Positions 31,847-41,835 of a stretch of DNA of 64,000 bases are shown here, piece by piece. The position numbers and the translations under genes were made by a program. Origin of the DNA: Chamaesiphon sp. GTDB taxonomy: Bacteria; Cyanobacteriota; Cyanobacteriia; Cyanobacteriales; Chamaesiphonaceae. A model generated the notes under the pieces. The model had not been told where the DNA came from. It searched no databases and worked only from the letters and a program-made list of their open reading frames with translations. The stretch's first letter is position 1; every line of letters starts with the position of its first letter. The stretch is from positions 272,172 through 336,171 of the forward strand of contig CBDFFH010000002.1 in assembly GCA_965246715.1 (NCBI GenBank). Direction: 5' to 3'.

Positions 31847-33337
31847 CAGGGTGAACGCACTTAAATTCTCTATTATTAAAAATACTTGAAAACCAGATGT
31901 AAATTTGATTTGTCAAAGAAGTGAAATCTATACCTGTTAATAACTTTGGCTGATTAATTATGTTAAATTAGTTTAGAACTAATATGATTCCAAATGAAGC
32001 TGAAGCCTAAGCATAGTATAGCAGAACACTTTAACGACATAGAAGACATTAGAATTGAACGTGGAAAAAAACATAAATTAATAGATATTATCACGATCTC
32101 CATTTGTGCTGTAGTATGTGGAGCGGATGGATGGATAGATATAGAAATGTATGGTATTGCCAGAAAAAAATGGTTAGAAAAATTCCTAGAACTTCCGAAT
32201 GGAATACCATCTCATGATACATTTGCCAGGGTATTTTCACAAATCAACCCTGATCGATTCAACAAATCTTTTCTGAGTTGGGTTAAAGGAATATCTAAAA
32301 TTACAGCAGGAGAGATAATTGCATTTGATGGAAAACAATCTCGAAACTCAGGAGATGAAAAGAATGATCGAGGTGTAATTAATACAGTCAGTGCTTGGGC
32401 TGAAAGTAATAGATTAGTGCTAGGTCAAAAGAAAGTAGAAGGGAAATCTAATGAAATCACAGCACTTCCAGAACTGATAAAAGTTTTAGATTTAGCAGGA
32501 TGTATCGTTACGATTGATGCAATGGGATGTCAAAGGGAGATTGTCAAAAATATTGTCGAGAAAGATGCTGATTATGTAATTGCAGTAAAAAAGAATCAAC
32601 CAACTTTGTATGAACAAATAAAGAAGTTATTCAAACAAGCAATTGAAACTCACGGAAAAGACCTTAACATGAGTAGCTTCAACAGTAGCGAGATGAATAG
32701 AGGTAGAGAAGAAATTCGTAATTACGTAATGCTAACAGATGTTGCAAAATGGATAGATCCATCGGGGAAATGGGAGAACTTAACTAGTATTGGGATGGTA
32801 GAATCAGTTCGAGTTGTGAATGGAAAGACTAGTGTGGAAACTCGTTATTTTATTAGTACTTTGAATAACGATGCCCAGAAATTAGCAAGAGCAATTAGAG
32901 GCCATTGGTCAGTAGAAAATTCTCTTCATTGGTTGCTTGATGTTGCTTTTAAAGAAGATAATAGTCGAATCAGAAAGGATAATGCTCCAGCTAACTTTGC
33001 CGTTTTAAGGCATATCGCTATTAACATAATTGGTCAGAATAAGAGTCGAAAATTAAGCGTTAGAAGCAAGAGGTTTTTAGCAACACTCGATCGAGAATAT
33101 TCAAATGAGCTTTTGGAAGCTATTCTGTAAATCACTTTCACTGAACAATCAATCTCAATTTGATTAAAGATATTTAATCAATCTTTGCGCTGCACTAAAT
33201 TGGATTAATCCGATCTCTTATTTGATTTTGGTTTCAGTTGATATTGTATTAACTGCAACTAGCTAATACATACTATAAAATTAGCCGTTCTATTTTTCAT
33301 CGATCGAAGCATACCCCATTTTGGTGCGTTCACCCTG
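31847..33337 (+). mobile_element. ISAs1-family IS (copy 3)
   Basis: TIRs CAGGGTGAACGCAC / GTGCGTTCACCCTG; 10-bp TSD GTGCTTGAAC. Confidence 0.93.
31994..33130 (+). CDS. ISAs1-family transposase
   Basis: PSHDTF, KSNEITA, TIDAMGCQ, HWSVENSLHW. Confidence 0.95.
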   Translation: MKLKPKHSIAEHFNDIEDIRIERGKKHKLIDIITISICAVVCGADGWIDIEMYGIARKKWLEKFLELPNGIPSHDTFARVFSQINPDRFNKSFLSWVKGISKITAGEIIAFDGKQSRNSGDEKNDRGVINTVSAWAESNRLVLGQKKVEGKSNEITALPELIKVLDLAGCIVTIDAMGCQREIVKNIVEKDADYVIAVKKNQPTLYEQIKKLFKQAIETHGKDLNMSSFNSSEMNRGREEIRNYVMLTDVAKWIDPSGKWENLTSIGMVESVRVVNGKTSVETRYFISTLNNDAQKLARAIRGHWSVENSLHWLLDVAFKEDNSRIRKDNAPANFAVLRHIAINIIGQNKSRKLSVRSKRFLATLDREYSNELLEAIL

Positions 33338-33483
33338 GTGCTTGAACGAAGCAAATGTCCTTAACCCGAACTCACGTTAAACTAAATCATCACTGAATTC
33401 AGCAACGCCGAACAGAAGTTATGGAGTGGGAAACTCGGAGCTTGCGCTTCGTCTGGCGACGATCGAGTTTCCCGAGTGACGGT

Positions 33484-36400
33484 TTAAGCTTTAAGGTTTA
33501 ATTGCAGAACGAAATCGTTAAAGTCTCGATCTCCACCACCAAAGAAATCCTCAAATGCATACTGCTTAGTGCCGTTAGCCAAGATACTAGATTGGACGTG
33601 TACGACTTTACTACCATCAGAATTAGTGTCAGGATTGGCATCGACAAAGTTGAAATAGGCATGTGGCTTATTACCAGCAGCGTTAGTGGGATTATTATTG
33701 ATGAAGTCAGTAATATTCCCCTCCGCAACCAGATAAGGTGCGAGTAATTGACCGCTAGCGAGTTGATAGCTGCCAATGCTCTCCGTTTTGGCAATAGTTA
33801 CGACCGCGCGTTTTAGTGCCGCCGTAGCATAACCAAGATCGCTCGGCTTATAGGCTTTCCCGCTTGCACTGTCGGTTACAGTCCCATTAGCATCATCGAT
33901 CGTGTAGAAACCACCGTAATTAAAGTAGGCAGCATCGGCGGATACTTTAGAATCGATCGCGACCATACCAGTTTTCTCGCGGAGGTCGAGGTATTTTTCG
34001 GGATTGGTGAGAGCGGGAGCTACTGTAAATTTCGCACTCAAGCTATTCGTCCCCGCGTTACCCGCAGGATCGACGATATTGGCTCCATCGACTGTCAGCT
34101 CGTAACTACCCAGAGCGGTAGTTAGTACGGCGAGTCCGTTAATCTGATATTTGGTATCGGATTGCTTGACGACAGTAACCGCACTGGTGATGAGGTTCGC
34201 ACCGCCATCTTTTTTGAGCGAGATATCGTTGAAGTCGAAGGTACCAGCTTTGAGGGCTTCGGAGAATTCTACCACTACACCATCGATTGGTTTGGCGATC
34301 GAAATCCCTGGGAGATTGCTGAAAGCTTTCACTGCTGGCGGTACCGTATCCGTCGCCGCACTTTTAGCGTTGACTTCAAACTGACTGACGATCGCGGGAG
34401 TTTGGTTGGCGTATTTCGTCGGATCGGCTTCGATTTGGGCGCGGCTGTAAGCAGGTACCCCGTAAGTCGTCACGGTTAATTTCTGAGTGGTTTTGTCGAT
34501 ATTAAACTCAGTCCAGCCGTAGGTATTAGTCGCAACGTAATCGCCTTTGAGCAGTTTGGCATCGATTAAGCCATTGGCTTGCGTGAGGTTATTATCCAAA
34601 CCAACCGGATCGTAGCCTAGCGGAGCTAAGCCACCGTTGACAATGCCTTTGATAAAGGCATCTTTACCCGCATCGGGTAGTCCATCGTATTGAGCTTTCT
34701 GCACGGGAGTCAGCAGTCCGACTGCAGAGGCTAATTCAGCGACGGTCGGCCCGAATGGTTTGTCATAGGCAATCGCACCCGTGATGATTTCAAACGCGCT
34801 AGTGGCGATTTGGGGGCCACCTGGAGCGGTTTGATAAGTGAGGTTGTTGACTAGGGTACCGTGGAAATCAGCGGCGACGAAGACGACGTTGTTAATTTTG
34901 TTGTCATTGATAAACTTGAGAATCTCCGTCCGCTCGGCAGCGTATCCTTCAAAGCGATCTTCGGCAGCGAGAATCCCGATATTTTCGATCGGTTCGGGCA
35001 CCATGATAAACTTCCACGTCACGCCGTTATTTTTGGCGTTGAGCAGGTCATTTTTCAGATCCTGAACTTGTTGCCGTCCCAGCATCGTCCGGCTGGTGTC
35101 GAAGGATTTAGCCAGGAATGCCCCGACTTGAGCGGTATCGCTGGTGTTGGTGACGGGTGCGAGTTCGGTATCGCGGAAAGAACGCGCGTCGAGGACGAAG
35201 GTAGCGGCATCGCTACCGAAGGTGTTGTAACGGTAAATCTTGCGTTCGCCATTGGTGCGCGAATCGCTGGGTGTGTTGTAGACTTTATCCTGGATCGGAT
35301 TGTACTCTTGGAACGCCTGTAAGCCGTTCTCGAACAACGCACTGTCGTTGATGAGCGCGTTGGGGTTGTCATTTGGGAATGCAGCTAAGAACCGATTCGC
35401 ACCCTTCGCGCCACCGTTGTCACTACCGATGGGCGCACCCCCTGCAAAGTCATTGGTAACTTCATGATCGTCATAGGTTGCGAAGATCGAAGTCGAGGCG
35501 CGGAGATCGGCAAAGCTATTTTTACCGAAGCGGGAGCCGTAGACTTCCGCATGTTTGATGCGGTAATCATCGAGGGTTGTGGCTTGCTGTTTTTCCGTAC
35601 CGTCGGCATTGAGCAATGCTGGCGTGGCAACATCTCCATAAATCGTATCGCCATGTTCGACAAAGAACTTGAGATTTGCCGTTGGAACGTTACTAATCGC
35701 CGAATAAGGAGCCAATTCGCCGCGCCAGTCGCCAGATACACCAAACTTAAGTCCGGTGAAGGTATTGAGCGGAGCCGCAGTACTGAATTTACCCACCAAG
35801 CTAGAACCGAGGGAATCGATCGCGCGGTAGTAATATTCGGTATTGGGATTTAAGCCAGTAACTTCGACTTTGACGGGTTGGAGCGAGTTGGTGGCTTGAA
35901 CGGTTTTAGTCCCAGCGATCGTCGCAAAGTCCGCACTAGTCGAGTATTCAAACGTCACATCGCCCAAGTTCGCCGCCCGCGTCCACAGGACGGTAGAGTT
36001 TTGAGTGGTATCGCCAGAGGCTACTCCGTTGGGGAATGCCGCAGCGGTATCGAGACTCAGGGCGATAATTTGCGTGAACTGGGGTTGGTTGGTGGTGTTA
36101 GCAACTGCATCCGTGCTGCCAGTTTTATTGAAGTTATCATCGGCAACTAACACGATCGTGGGTTTGCCATTAACCGTCGGGCCAAAGGTAATCCCCTCGA
36201 TGTTATCCAAGCCAGTGGGCAGTTTCAGGTCGTTGAGGTTCAGGAGCAACTGTTTTTGAACTGGCTTAATCTTCCCAAGGTCGGCACTAGAGAGTGCATT
36301 TAAGCTATCGATACCGCTGATATCCGTCGCACTACCGACGCTAATTTGGTAAATCTTGATGACGTTACCAGTTTCGGGAGTCAGCGGGGTATTTGCTGCC

Positions 36401-39400
36401 ACCGATGAGAACGACCGCTCGATCGCCAGCATGTTACCGTTATTATCTAACGCTGTCAGGGCAACGAGTCCGGCAGTGGCAAAGTTATTGGTACCTGTCG
36501 TACTGACCGAAGGTGCAACTGCGGTCGGGTCGAGATTGTAGAGGTATTCAGCGGCGGCTTTGTTAGTATCGAGGTTGAATTTAATCAATCGCGATCGACC
36601 GACACCTGTAGGATTCTTCGGATCGGTACCAGGGAAGCTCGTCCGTTGACCGTCCTGTGCTAGCGCGTTCTCGCCACCAGTCAATAAGGTCTTCTGGTCG
36701 GGAGTAACGGCGATGCTTTCAAACGCGAGGTTGTCGTAGACACCGCGAGTTTGGGACGCAGCCAAGTTAGAATCGGGCTGGAATTTTGCTGGAACTGGCA
36801 AGGAGCGGAGTAACTTCCCGTCTGTGAGGTTGAATTCATTGACGAAGGGGAAGGTGCGAATCTGCCCTGGCGCGTCTCCCTGCCCCTCAGAGGATATAAA
36901 AACGGTTCCGGCTTTAGTCAAACCGATATCTTCGGTATCGGTGCCTTGAGGGAGATATTGGCTGCCATCGGCTTTCCGCAGATATGTGACACCTGTGAAG
37001 GCAACCTTGCTATTGTCTAACTTGCCAGCAGATAAGTCGATATTCAGTTTGTAGAAGCGAGTGGGTTGACCGGGTTCGTTGGCGTTGCTCTTGCGATCGT
37101 CCGAGATACTATAGAAGCTATTCGTCTTAGCATCGTAAGTAATCCCCGACAGACCGCCGACGGTAGTATCGACACCTGCGGCATCCTTGACCGTGACGGA
37201 TTGAGCGGGATAGGTCGCTTGTCCGAGCAGCGTGAGTTTCGGTAGTGCGGGTTTGGTGGCGAAAATGTCTAGCGCCTTACCCTCGACGGTATTGGCTGGT
37301 TTGACACCCAGGAGTTTATCGATCGTCGGAGCGATGTCGATGTTATTGACCTGACCCAGATCCTTATTCGCGATATCGGGGCCAGCCGCGAGGAAGATCG
37401 CCTGCATCGCTGGCGATGTCGGGTCATAACCGTGGGCACCGTAGAAGTTGGGTACCGACAGGACGGGAGTGGTGCTAGTCGTATCGCCTTTGCGGATGAC
37501 TGGCGTACTTTGCGTACCGTCGAAGTTATAACCCTCTTTGAGTAAGGCGAATACGTCTCCTGTATCTTCACCGATGAAGTTGCCCCGCGCATTGATGATG
37601 TCATTGGCAGTTGGGTTGGCTGGAACTACGCGGTTATAGACCTTATCGAAGATCTTGGTGCTAGTGGTGCCCCCCGCTTGGTAGTTGGGGTTGGCATCGG
37701 CATAACCATTTAAGATGTCGATGACCTGTTTCTGCAACGCTGCATAATCTTTAGGATCGACGGTACCGTTGGGTTCGCGACCTTTGACGTTGATGTAGAT
37801 ATTCGTCGCGGGACCGCTAGTGACGGCGCGTACTTTAGTCGCGTCTATACCAGCACTCGTAAGCAGATTATTCAAACTCACCGCCGTGTGGAAGGGTGCG
37901 AACCCGTGGTCGGAGGTGACGATGATGTTACTGTTGGGCTTGCCGTTGGCATCGACACCGACAGTATCGATGATTTTTTGGACGGCGGCATCGGCAGCTT
38001 TGTAAGCGGCTTCGATGTAGCTCTTGTACCGTGCGACTTTAGCGGCATCTTGACCTGCGCCGATCGAGTTGGGATTGGTAAAGTCGCTAGCTTGGCGGGG
38101 GTCGGTTAGCAAGAATTGGTGTTCGGAACCGTCGGGTTGCTCGATGTAGGTCATTACCAAGTCAGCATTGGGGTTTTGCTGGATGGAACGGACGGCAACT
38201 TTGGTTTGATACTCTACAAATGACTTGACCTGGTCTGCATACAGTGCTTCCAATTCGACATCGCTAAAGTTGGTAAGTCCGGTATTGAGCCGTTCGGGGA
38301 AGCGGAAGTCTGCTTGAGGTGCCCAGTTACCGATACTGGTATTGATGTCGTCAACATTGGCGATAACCCCAGGACTCTCGGCAGGACGGGGGATATAGTA
38401 AGCCGAGTAGCGAGCCAGATTGACTTTAGATAAATCTGCTGCCAGGGTCGCACCAAAGAACGCTGTCCCTACCTTATTATTACTACCGTCGAAGAAGAAT
38501 GAACTGGATTTTTGGTCGCTGACTTTGATAAATGCCGAGCCAGTTGAGGGCAACGTCGCAGCCCCTTTAATCCCGACATTGGCATCGAACACGACTAATG
38601 TGTCGTAGTTAACCTTGCTATCATCAGTGGTATCGATCGCGGCTACTTGAAGGTTGTAAGCAGGATTACCGCCCGTCAAGGCTGTAGCTGTCAGCGATTC
38701 TAAATTAGCAACCTTGATATCACCATAGAATTTTTTACCCAGCGCAGTCAACCCAGTCACAGCTTGAGTTTTATCAACTATAAAGTCCACCGCAGTCAAG
38801 CTAAAGCCGCGACCGCCGGAACCGCCAGTAAAGAATGGCCCGCCAAAAGCTCCAAAGGGTACGGTATAATCGACCGTGCGATCGGCTGCCTTATCTAAAA
38901 CGATCGGGCTGCCATTCGAGGTTTTGACAGCAGCAGTGATATTTACCCCGTCCGCACCAGGAAAGGTAGCCGAAACGACAGTTTTACCCGCTTTTTCGAG
39001 GTTCAACCAGATCGGGTTAGCAGTTGGAGTGTTGCTTTCCGATGGGTCGATGCCTGATTGATAAGTATAACCACCGATCGGTGCGGCAAAACCGCTGGTA
39101 TTAGTGGTAAATGGGTTGGCGACGATGTGGAAACTATTTGAATTGATGTCGTTGTTTACCGCACTAGAACCAGTGGCGATCGCGATGTGCGAGGGTGCGG
39201 TCAAAGATGGTGTAATCGTCTGGTTGCCAGCAGCAATTACCCCTTTGCTAGCCAATAATCCCAACCCTTTGGTGGGGTCGAGTACGCCATTTTTCAGGTA
39301 TTCCTTGAGGATCGTATTCGTCGCCCCATCGAGGGAGATCAAGACCGTCTTCGGTTTGCCAGCCGCTACGGTAGAAATCGGTGTAGTTAAAGCTGGCAGA

Positions 39401-41358
39401 ATCGTATCTTCTTTCTTGACTTGGAGATTTTGGATGCGTTGGTCTTGAGTCGCAGGGGTGTCAGCGACACTAAAAGCGCGCTGTGGCGTGGGATATGTCG
39501 CCTTGAGGTAGTCTTGAAAGGCTTTTTGTTCGCCGATCGCATTTGCAGGCAAACTAGTCGCTGCGGTGAAGTCTAGAGTCGGATCGATCGCTGCAGAAAG
39601 CGTACCGTTATCGAGAATGTAGCGGAAGTTGGTGGCATTTGCCTTAATCGGATAGCCGTCCCCACCGTTAGCAGTGAAGTTCAGTACCGAAACGGCGATT
39701 TTTGCTGGTGCATCTGGCAATAACACCCCATTGTCGGCAACCTTGGCGACAAGCTTACCATTCAAATCGTAGATGGCAACATCCTGTACCTTCTTATCTG
39801 CTGCCTTGGATGGGTCGTAGGAGAAGCGGACACCACCGATTTGAGCGTAGCCACCGTTCCCCGGAGCTAAACCAGCGGCATAGTTGAGGATATTCAGCAA
39901 CCCTTGGGGAGTCGTATCGAATACCATCAGTTTGTTATCAAACCGCAGCGCATTTTCAATGTCAAGCTGGGAGATCGCACCGACAGTCTTCACACCAGTG
40001 GCAGTCGGCGGTAATTTCTCACCCTTTTCACCGATCGATCCGATCGACGATCGTAAGCCCCCACCGTTTTTGAGCGAAGCAAGGACGGCATCGGCTCCGA
40101 GTGCCTTGCGCGCCACGAATAGGTTAGCATCGGCGGAAATATCGCCGAGGTTGACTTCCTCCGCCCGCCCGAACGCCCGATCGCCTTCGAGATAGACATT
40201 GGTATAACCGAAAATATTACTATCTTTGGTCGAGATGACCGTATCGATCGCTTTGGTAATCGCACTCACCTGAGTACCGATCGTACTACCTGCGACGATC
40301 TGATTGGCGGTCTGCGTCGTACCATACGCTGCTTGCAGACTAGCCTCATTAGCGGCGTAGGCACCATTAATCACTGGGTTGAGGTTGGGTAAGACGATGT
40401 CACCATTCTCATCGAAATCTACGACTAGGCGACCGAGATATGTATATTCTGTATCGGTGGTAACGATTAGTATGGGCTTGCCATCCGCGCCAGCAGTAAC
40501 GATCGGATACGTCCCAACAAAATCTGCATTATGACCGTTAAAAGCAACGGCTTTGTCTGTGGCATCACCCAGGCGTTCGTGCCCGCCACCAGCAATCATC
40601 ACGTCGATGCCAGAAACCAAGGGTGCTAATTGCTTGTTGCGCTCGATCGTATCGAGCTGATCTACCATCACGATTTTGTTGCTCCCTGCTGCTTTGAGCG
40701 CGTTGACCGCTGCCTGGATGTAGACCGCCACCTCTTGGAGATCGCTAGTTGCTGGGTTGGCATCATCCTTGGGCACGGTACCATTCGGCGAACTCTTGCT
40801 CAACAAATCATACGTTGTGAGACCGACAATCCCGATTTTCTCGCTACCTTGGGTGACTACTGTATAAGGTGCGATCTTGCCTTTGATGGTCGAGGCTTCT
40901 TTGCCAGCAAAGCTATTCGTGGGCGTACCCCCGATCGTGCCATCGGCAAGTCCACGCAAAGAGCTGTCAGCGGTGAAATCCAGATTTGCAGTAATGAAGG
41001 GAAACTGTGCGCCGCTCCAAGTACCCGAGGGAGCGATCGCTCCCTGGAGTACTGCCGATCCCAGGTCGAATTCATGGTTGCCCAATGCCGAGGCATCGGT
41101 GCCGAAGGCATTCATAATCGCAATATCTGGGCGACCGAGTGCCGTCGCACCGATACCTGCCACCCCGTTCAAGGCGGGATCGGCACCACCAATCAACCAC
41201 GGGCCAGGGATGTAGCTGTCGCCTTCGGCAAGCACCAAGGTATTGGCGTACTGGTCGTCGAACTTATCGATTAATGCACCCATAATCGGTGCGGTGAGGA
41301 CTCCGAGCAGGCCACTCTCACCATAGTAATGCAGTAGTTGGAGGGTGTAATTTGCCAT
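33484..41358 (-). CDS. Giant multidomain phosphatase: 5'-nucleotidase + nucleotide pyrophosphatase/phosphodiesterase + phytase-like esterase + PhoD + Ig-like + DUF4114
   Basis: GNHEFD and NGGGLR (nucleotidase); ISLDGA..PSLTAPSH..TSDHGF..GAHGY (NPP); GGLSGI..ISDD..SSEG..DNIEG (phytase-like); GVASGD..HGDTIY..DDHEV..ADFH (PhoD); FEDFFGGGDRDFND. Confidence 0.88.
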   Translation of the reverse strand: MANYTLQLLHYYGESGLLGVLTAPIMGALIDKFDDQYANTLVLAEGDSYIPGPWLIGGADPALNGVAGIGATALGRPDIAIMNAFGTDASALGNHEFDLGSAVLQGAIAPSGTWSGAQFPFITANLDFTADSSLRGLADGTIGGTPTNSFAGKEASTIKGKIAPYTVVTQGSEKIGIVGLTTYDLLSKSSPNGTVPKDDANPATSDLQEVAVYIQAAVNALKAAGSNKIVMVDQLDTIERNKQLAPLVSGIDVMIAGGGHERLGDATDKAVAFNGHNADFVGTYPIVTAGADGKPILIVTTDTEYTYLGRLVVDFDENGDIVLPNLNPVINGAYAANEASLQAAYGTTQTANQIVAGSTIGTQVSAITKAIDTVISTKDSNIFGYTNVYLEGDRAFGRAEEVNLGDISADANLFVARKALGADAVLASLKNGGGLRSSIGSIGEKGEKLPPTATGVKTVGAISQLDIENALRFDNKLMVFDTTPQGLLNILNYAAGLAPGNGGYAQIGGVRFSYDPSKAADKKVQDVAIYDLNGKLVAKVADNGVLLPDAPAKIAVSVLNFTANGGDGYPIKANATNFRYILDNGTLSAAIDPTLDFTAATSLPANAIGEQKAFQDYLKATYPTPQRAFSVADTPATQDQRIQNLQVKKEDTILPALTTPISTVAAGKPKTVLISLDGATNTILKEYLKNGVLDPTKGLGLLASKGVIAAGNQTITPSLTAPSHIAIATGSSAVNNDINSNSFHIVANPFTTNTSGFAAPIGGYTYQSGIDPSESNTPTANPIWLNLEKAGKTVVSATFPGADGVNITAAVKTSNGSPIVLDKAADRTVDYTVPFGAFGGPFFTGGSGGRGFSLTAVDFIVDKTQAVTGLTALGKKFYGDIKVANLESLTATALTGGNPAYNLQVAAIDTTDDSKVNYDTLVVFDANVGIKGAATLPSTGSAFIKVSDQKSSSFFFDGSNNKVGTAFFGATLAADLSKVNLARYSAYYIPRPAESPGVIANVDDINTSIGNWAPQADFRFPERLNTGLTNFSDVELEALYADQVKSFVEYQTKVAVRSIQQNPNADLVMTYIEQPDGSEHQFLLTDPRQASDFTNPNSIGAGQDAAKVARYKSYIEAAYKAADAAVQKIIDTVGVDANGKPNSNIIVTSDHGFAPFHTAVSLNNLLTSAGIDATKVRAVTSGPATNIYINVKGREPNGTVDPKDYAALQKQVIDILNGYADANPNYQAGGTTSTKIFDKVYNRVVPANPTANDIINARGNFIGEDTGDVFALLKEGYNFDGTQSTPVIRKGDTTSTTPVLSVPNFYGAHGYDPTSPAMQAIFLAAGPDIANKDLGQVNNIDIAPTIDKLLGVKPANTVEGKALDIFATKPALPKLTLLGQATYPAQSVTVKDAAGVDTTVGGLSGITYDAKTNSFYSISDDRKSNANEPGQPTRFYKLNIDLSAGKLDNSKVAFTGVTYLRKADGSQYLPQGTDTEDIGLTKAGTVFISSEGQGDAPGQIRTFPFVNEFNLTDGKLLRSLPVPAKFQPDSNLAASQTRGVYDNLAFESIAVTPDQKTLLTGGENALAQDGQRTSFPGTDPKNPTGVGRSRLIKFNLDTNKAAAEYLYNLDPTAVAPSVSTTGTNNFATAGLVALTALDNNGNMLAIERSFSSVAANTPLTPETGNVIKIYQISVGSATDISGIDSLNALSSADLGKIKPVQKQLLLNLNDLKLPTGLDNIEGITFGPTVNGKPTIVLVADDNFNKTGSTDAVANTTNQPQFTQIIALSLDTAAAFPNGVASGDTTQNSTVLWTRAANLGDVTFEYSTSADFATIAGTKTVQATNSLQPVKVEVTGLNPNTEYYYRAIDSLGSSLVGKFSTAAPLNTFTGLKFGVSGDWRGELAPYSAISNVPTANLKFFVEHGDTIYGDVATPALLNADGTEKQQATTLDDYRIKHAEVYGSRFGKNSFADLRASTSIFATYDDHEVTNDFAGGAPIGSDNGGAKGANRFLAAFPNDNPNALINDSALFENGLQAFQEYNPIQDKVYNTPSDSRTNGERKIYRYNTFGSDAATFVLDARSFRDTELAPVTNTSDTAQVGAFLAKSFDTSRTMLGRQQVQDLKNDLLNAKNNGVTWKFIMVPEPIENIGILAAEDRFEGYAAERTEILKFINDNKINNVVFVAADFHGTLVNNLTYQTAPGGPQIATSAFEIITGAIAYDKPFGPTVAELASAVGLLTPVQKAQYDGLPDAGKDAFIKGIVNGGLAPLGYDPVGLDNNLTQANGLIDAKLLKGDYVATNTYGWTEFNIDKTTQKLTVTTYGVPAYSRAQIEADPTKYANQTPAIVSQFEVNAKSAATDTVPPAVKAFSNLPGISIAKPIDGVVVEFSEALKAGTFDFNDISLKKDGGANLITSAVTVVKQSDTKYQINGLAVLTTALGSYELTVDGANIVDPAGNAGTNSLSAKFTVAPALTNPEKYLDLREKTGMVAIDSKVSADAAYFNYGGFYTIDDANGTVTDSASGKAYKPSDLGYATAALKRAVVTIAKTESIGSYQLASGQLLAPYLVAEGNITDFINNNPTNAAGNKPHAYFNFVDANPDTNSDGSKVVHVQSSILANGTKQYAFEDFFGGGDRDFNDFVLQLNLKA

Positions 41359-41735
41359 AATGTTAGTCCTTACGAAGTTACGGTGATAAATACAGAGAAC
41401 TTGAGGCTAGAGCAAAGAGTAGAGCATCGCGACGATCGCTCGAGTCATCCAGATTTACCCGGATTCAGATCTAATTTGTAGAGATACCTCGATCGTCGAT
41501 CGAGGTATCAGCAATGAAAATATTGGTGCTTGAAAATAATAGTTCGATCGACAACCGACCCTGGATTAGAGCGCCTGTGACAATCTTGGTGAATTCGATC
41601 GATCTGCAGGATAAAACGGCATTATGCCTAAATAGTTCGATCGAGTAGTTTCATCACAAATATCTAGAAATATAATTAGCTGTATTAAAATTTACATTAC
41701 CCAAAAAGTCGCTCACAGCAAAGAATACCAGGATT

Positions 41736-41765
41736 AAGTTAAATCATGGTTATGAAGGAGTTAAT
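41736..41765 (-). promoter_or_regulatory. Triple Pho box (SphR site)
   Basis: Minus strand ATTAACTC-N3-CATAACCA-N3-TTTAACTT, 11-bp period, fits cyanobacterial YTTAAYYW. Confidence 0.75.
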
Positions 41766-41835
41766 GGATTATCGCGATGATGTTTGCGCGATCGATTGTG
41801 ATTTCGCGACAATTTCCAGCCGTGAATTTTAGCAG

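Larger units (their letters stand above)
31629..33379. mobile_element. MITE-like element (same family as 12629-12820) with nested ISAs1
   Basis: TIRs TAACGTCAGTTCGGGATAAG / CTTAACCCGAACTCACGTTA; internal similarity to the 12.6-kb copy. Confidence 0.75.
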
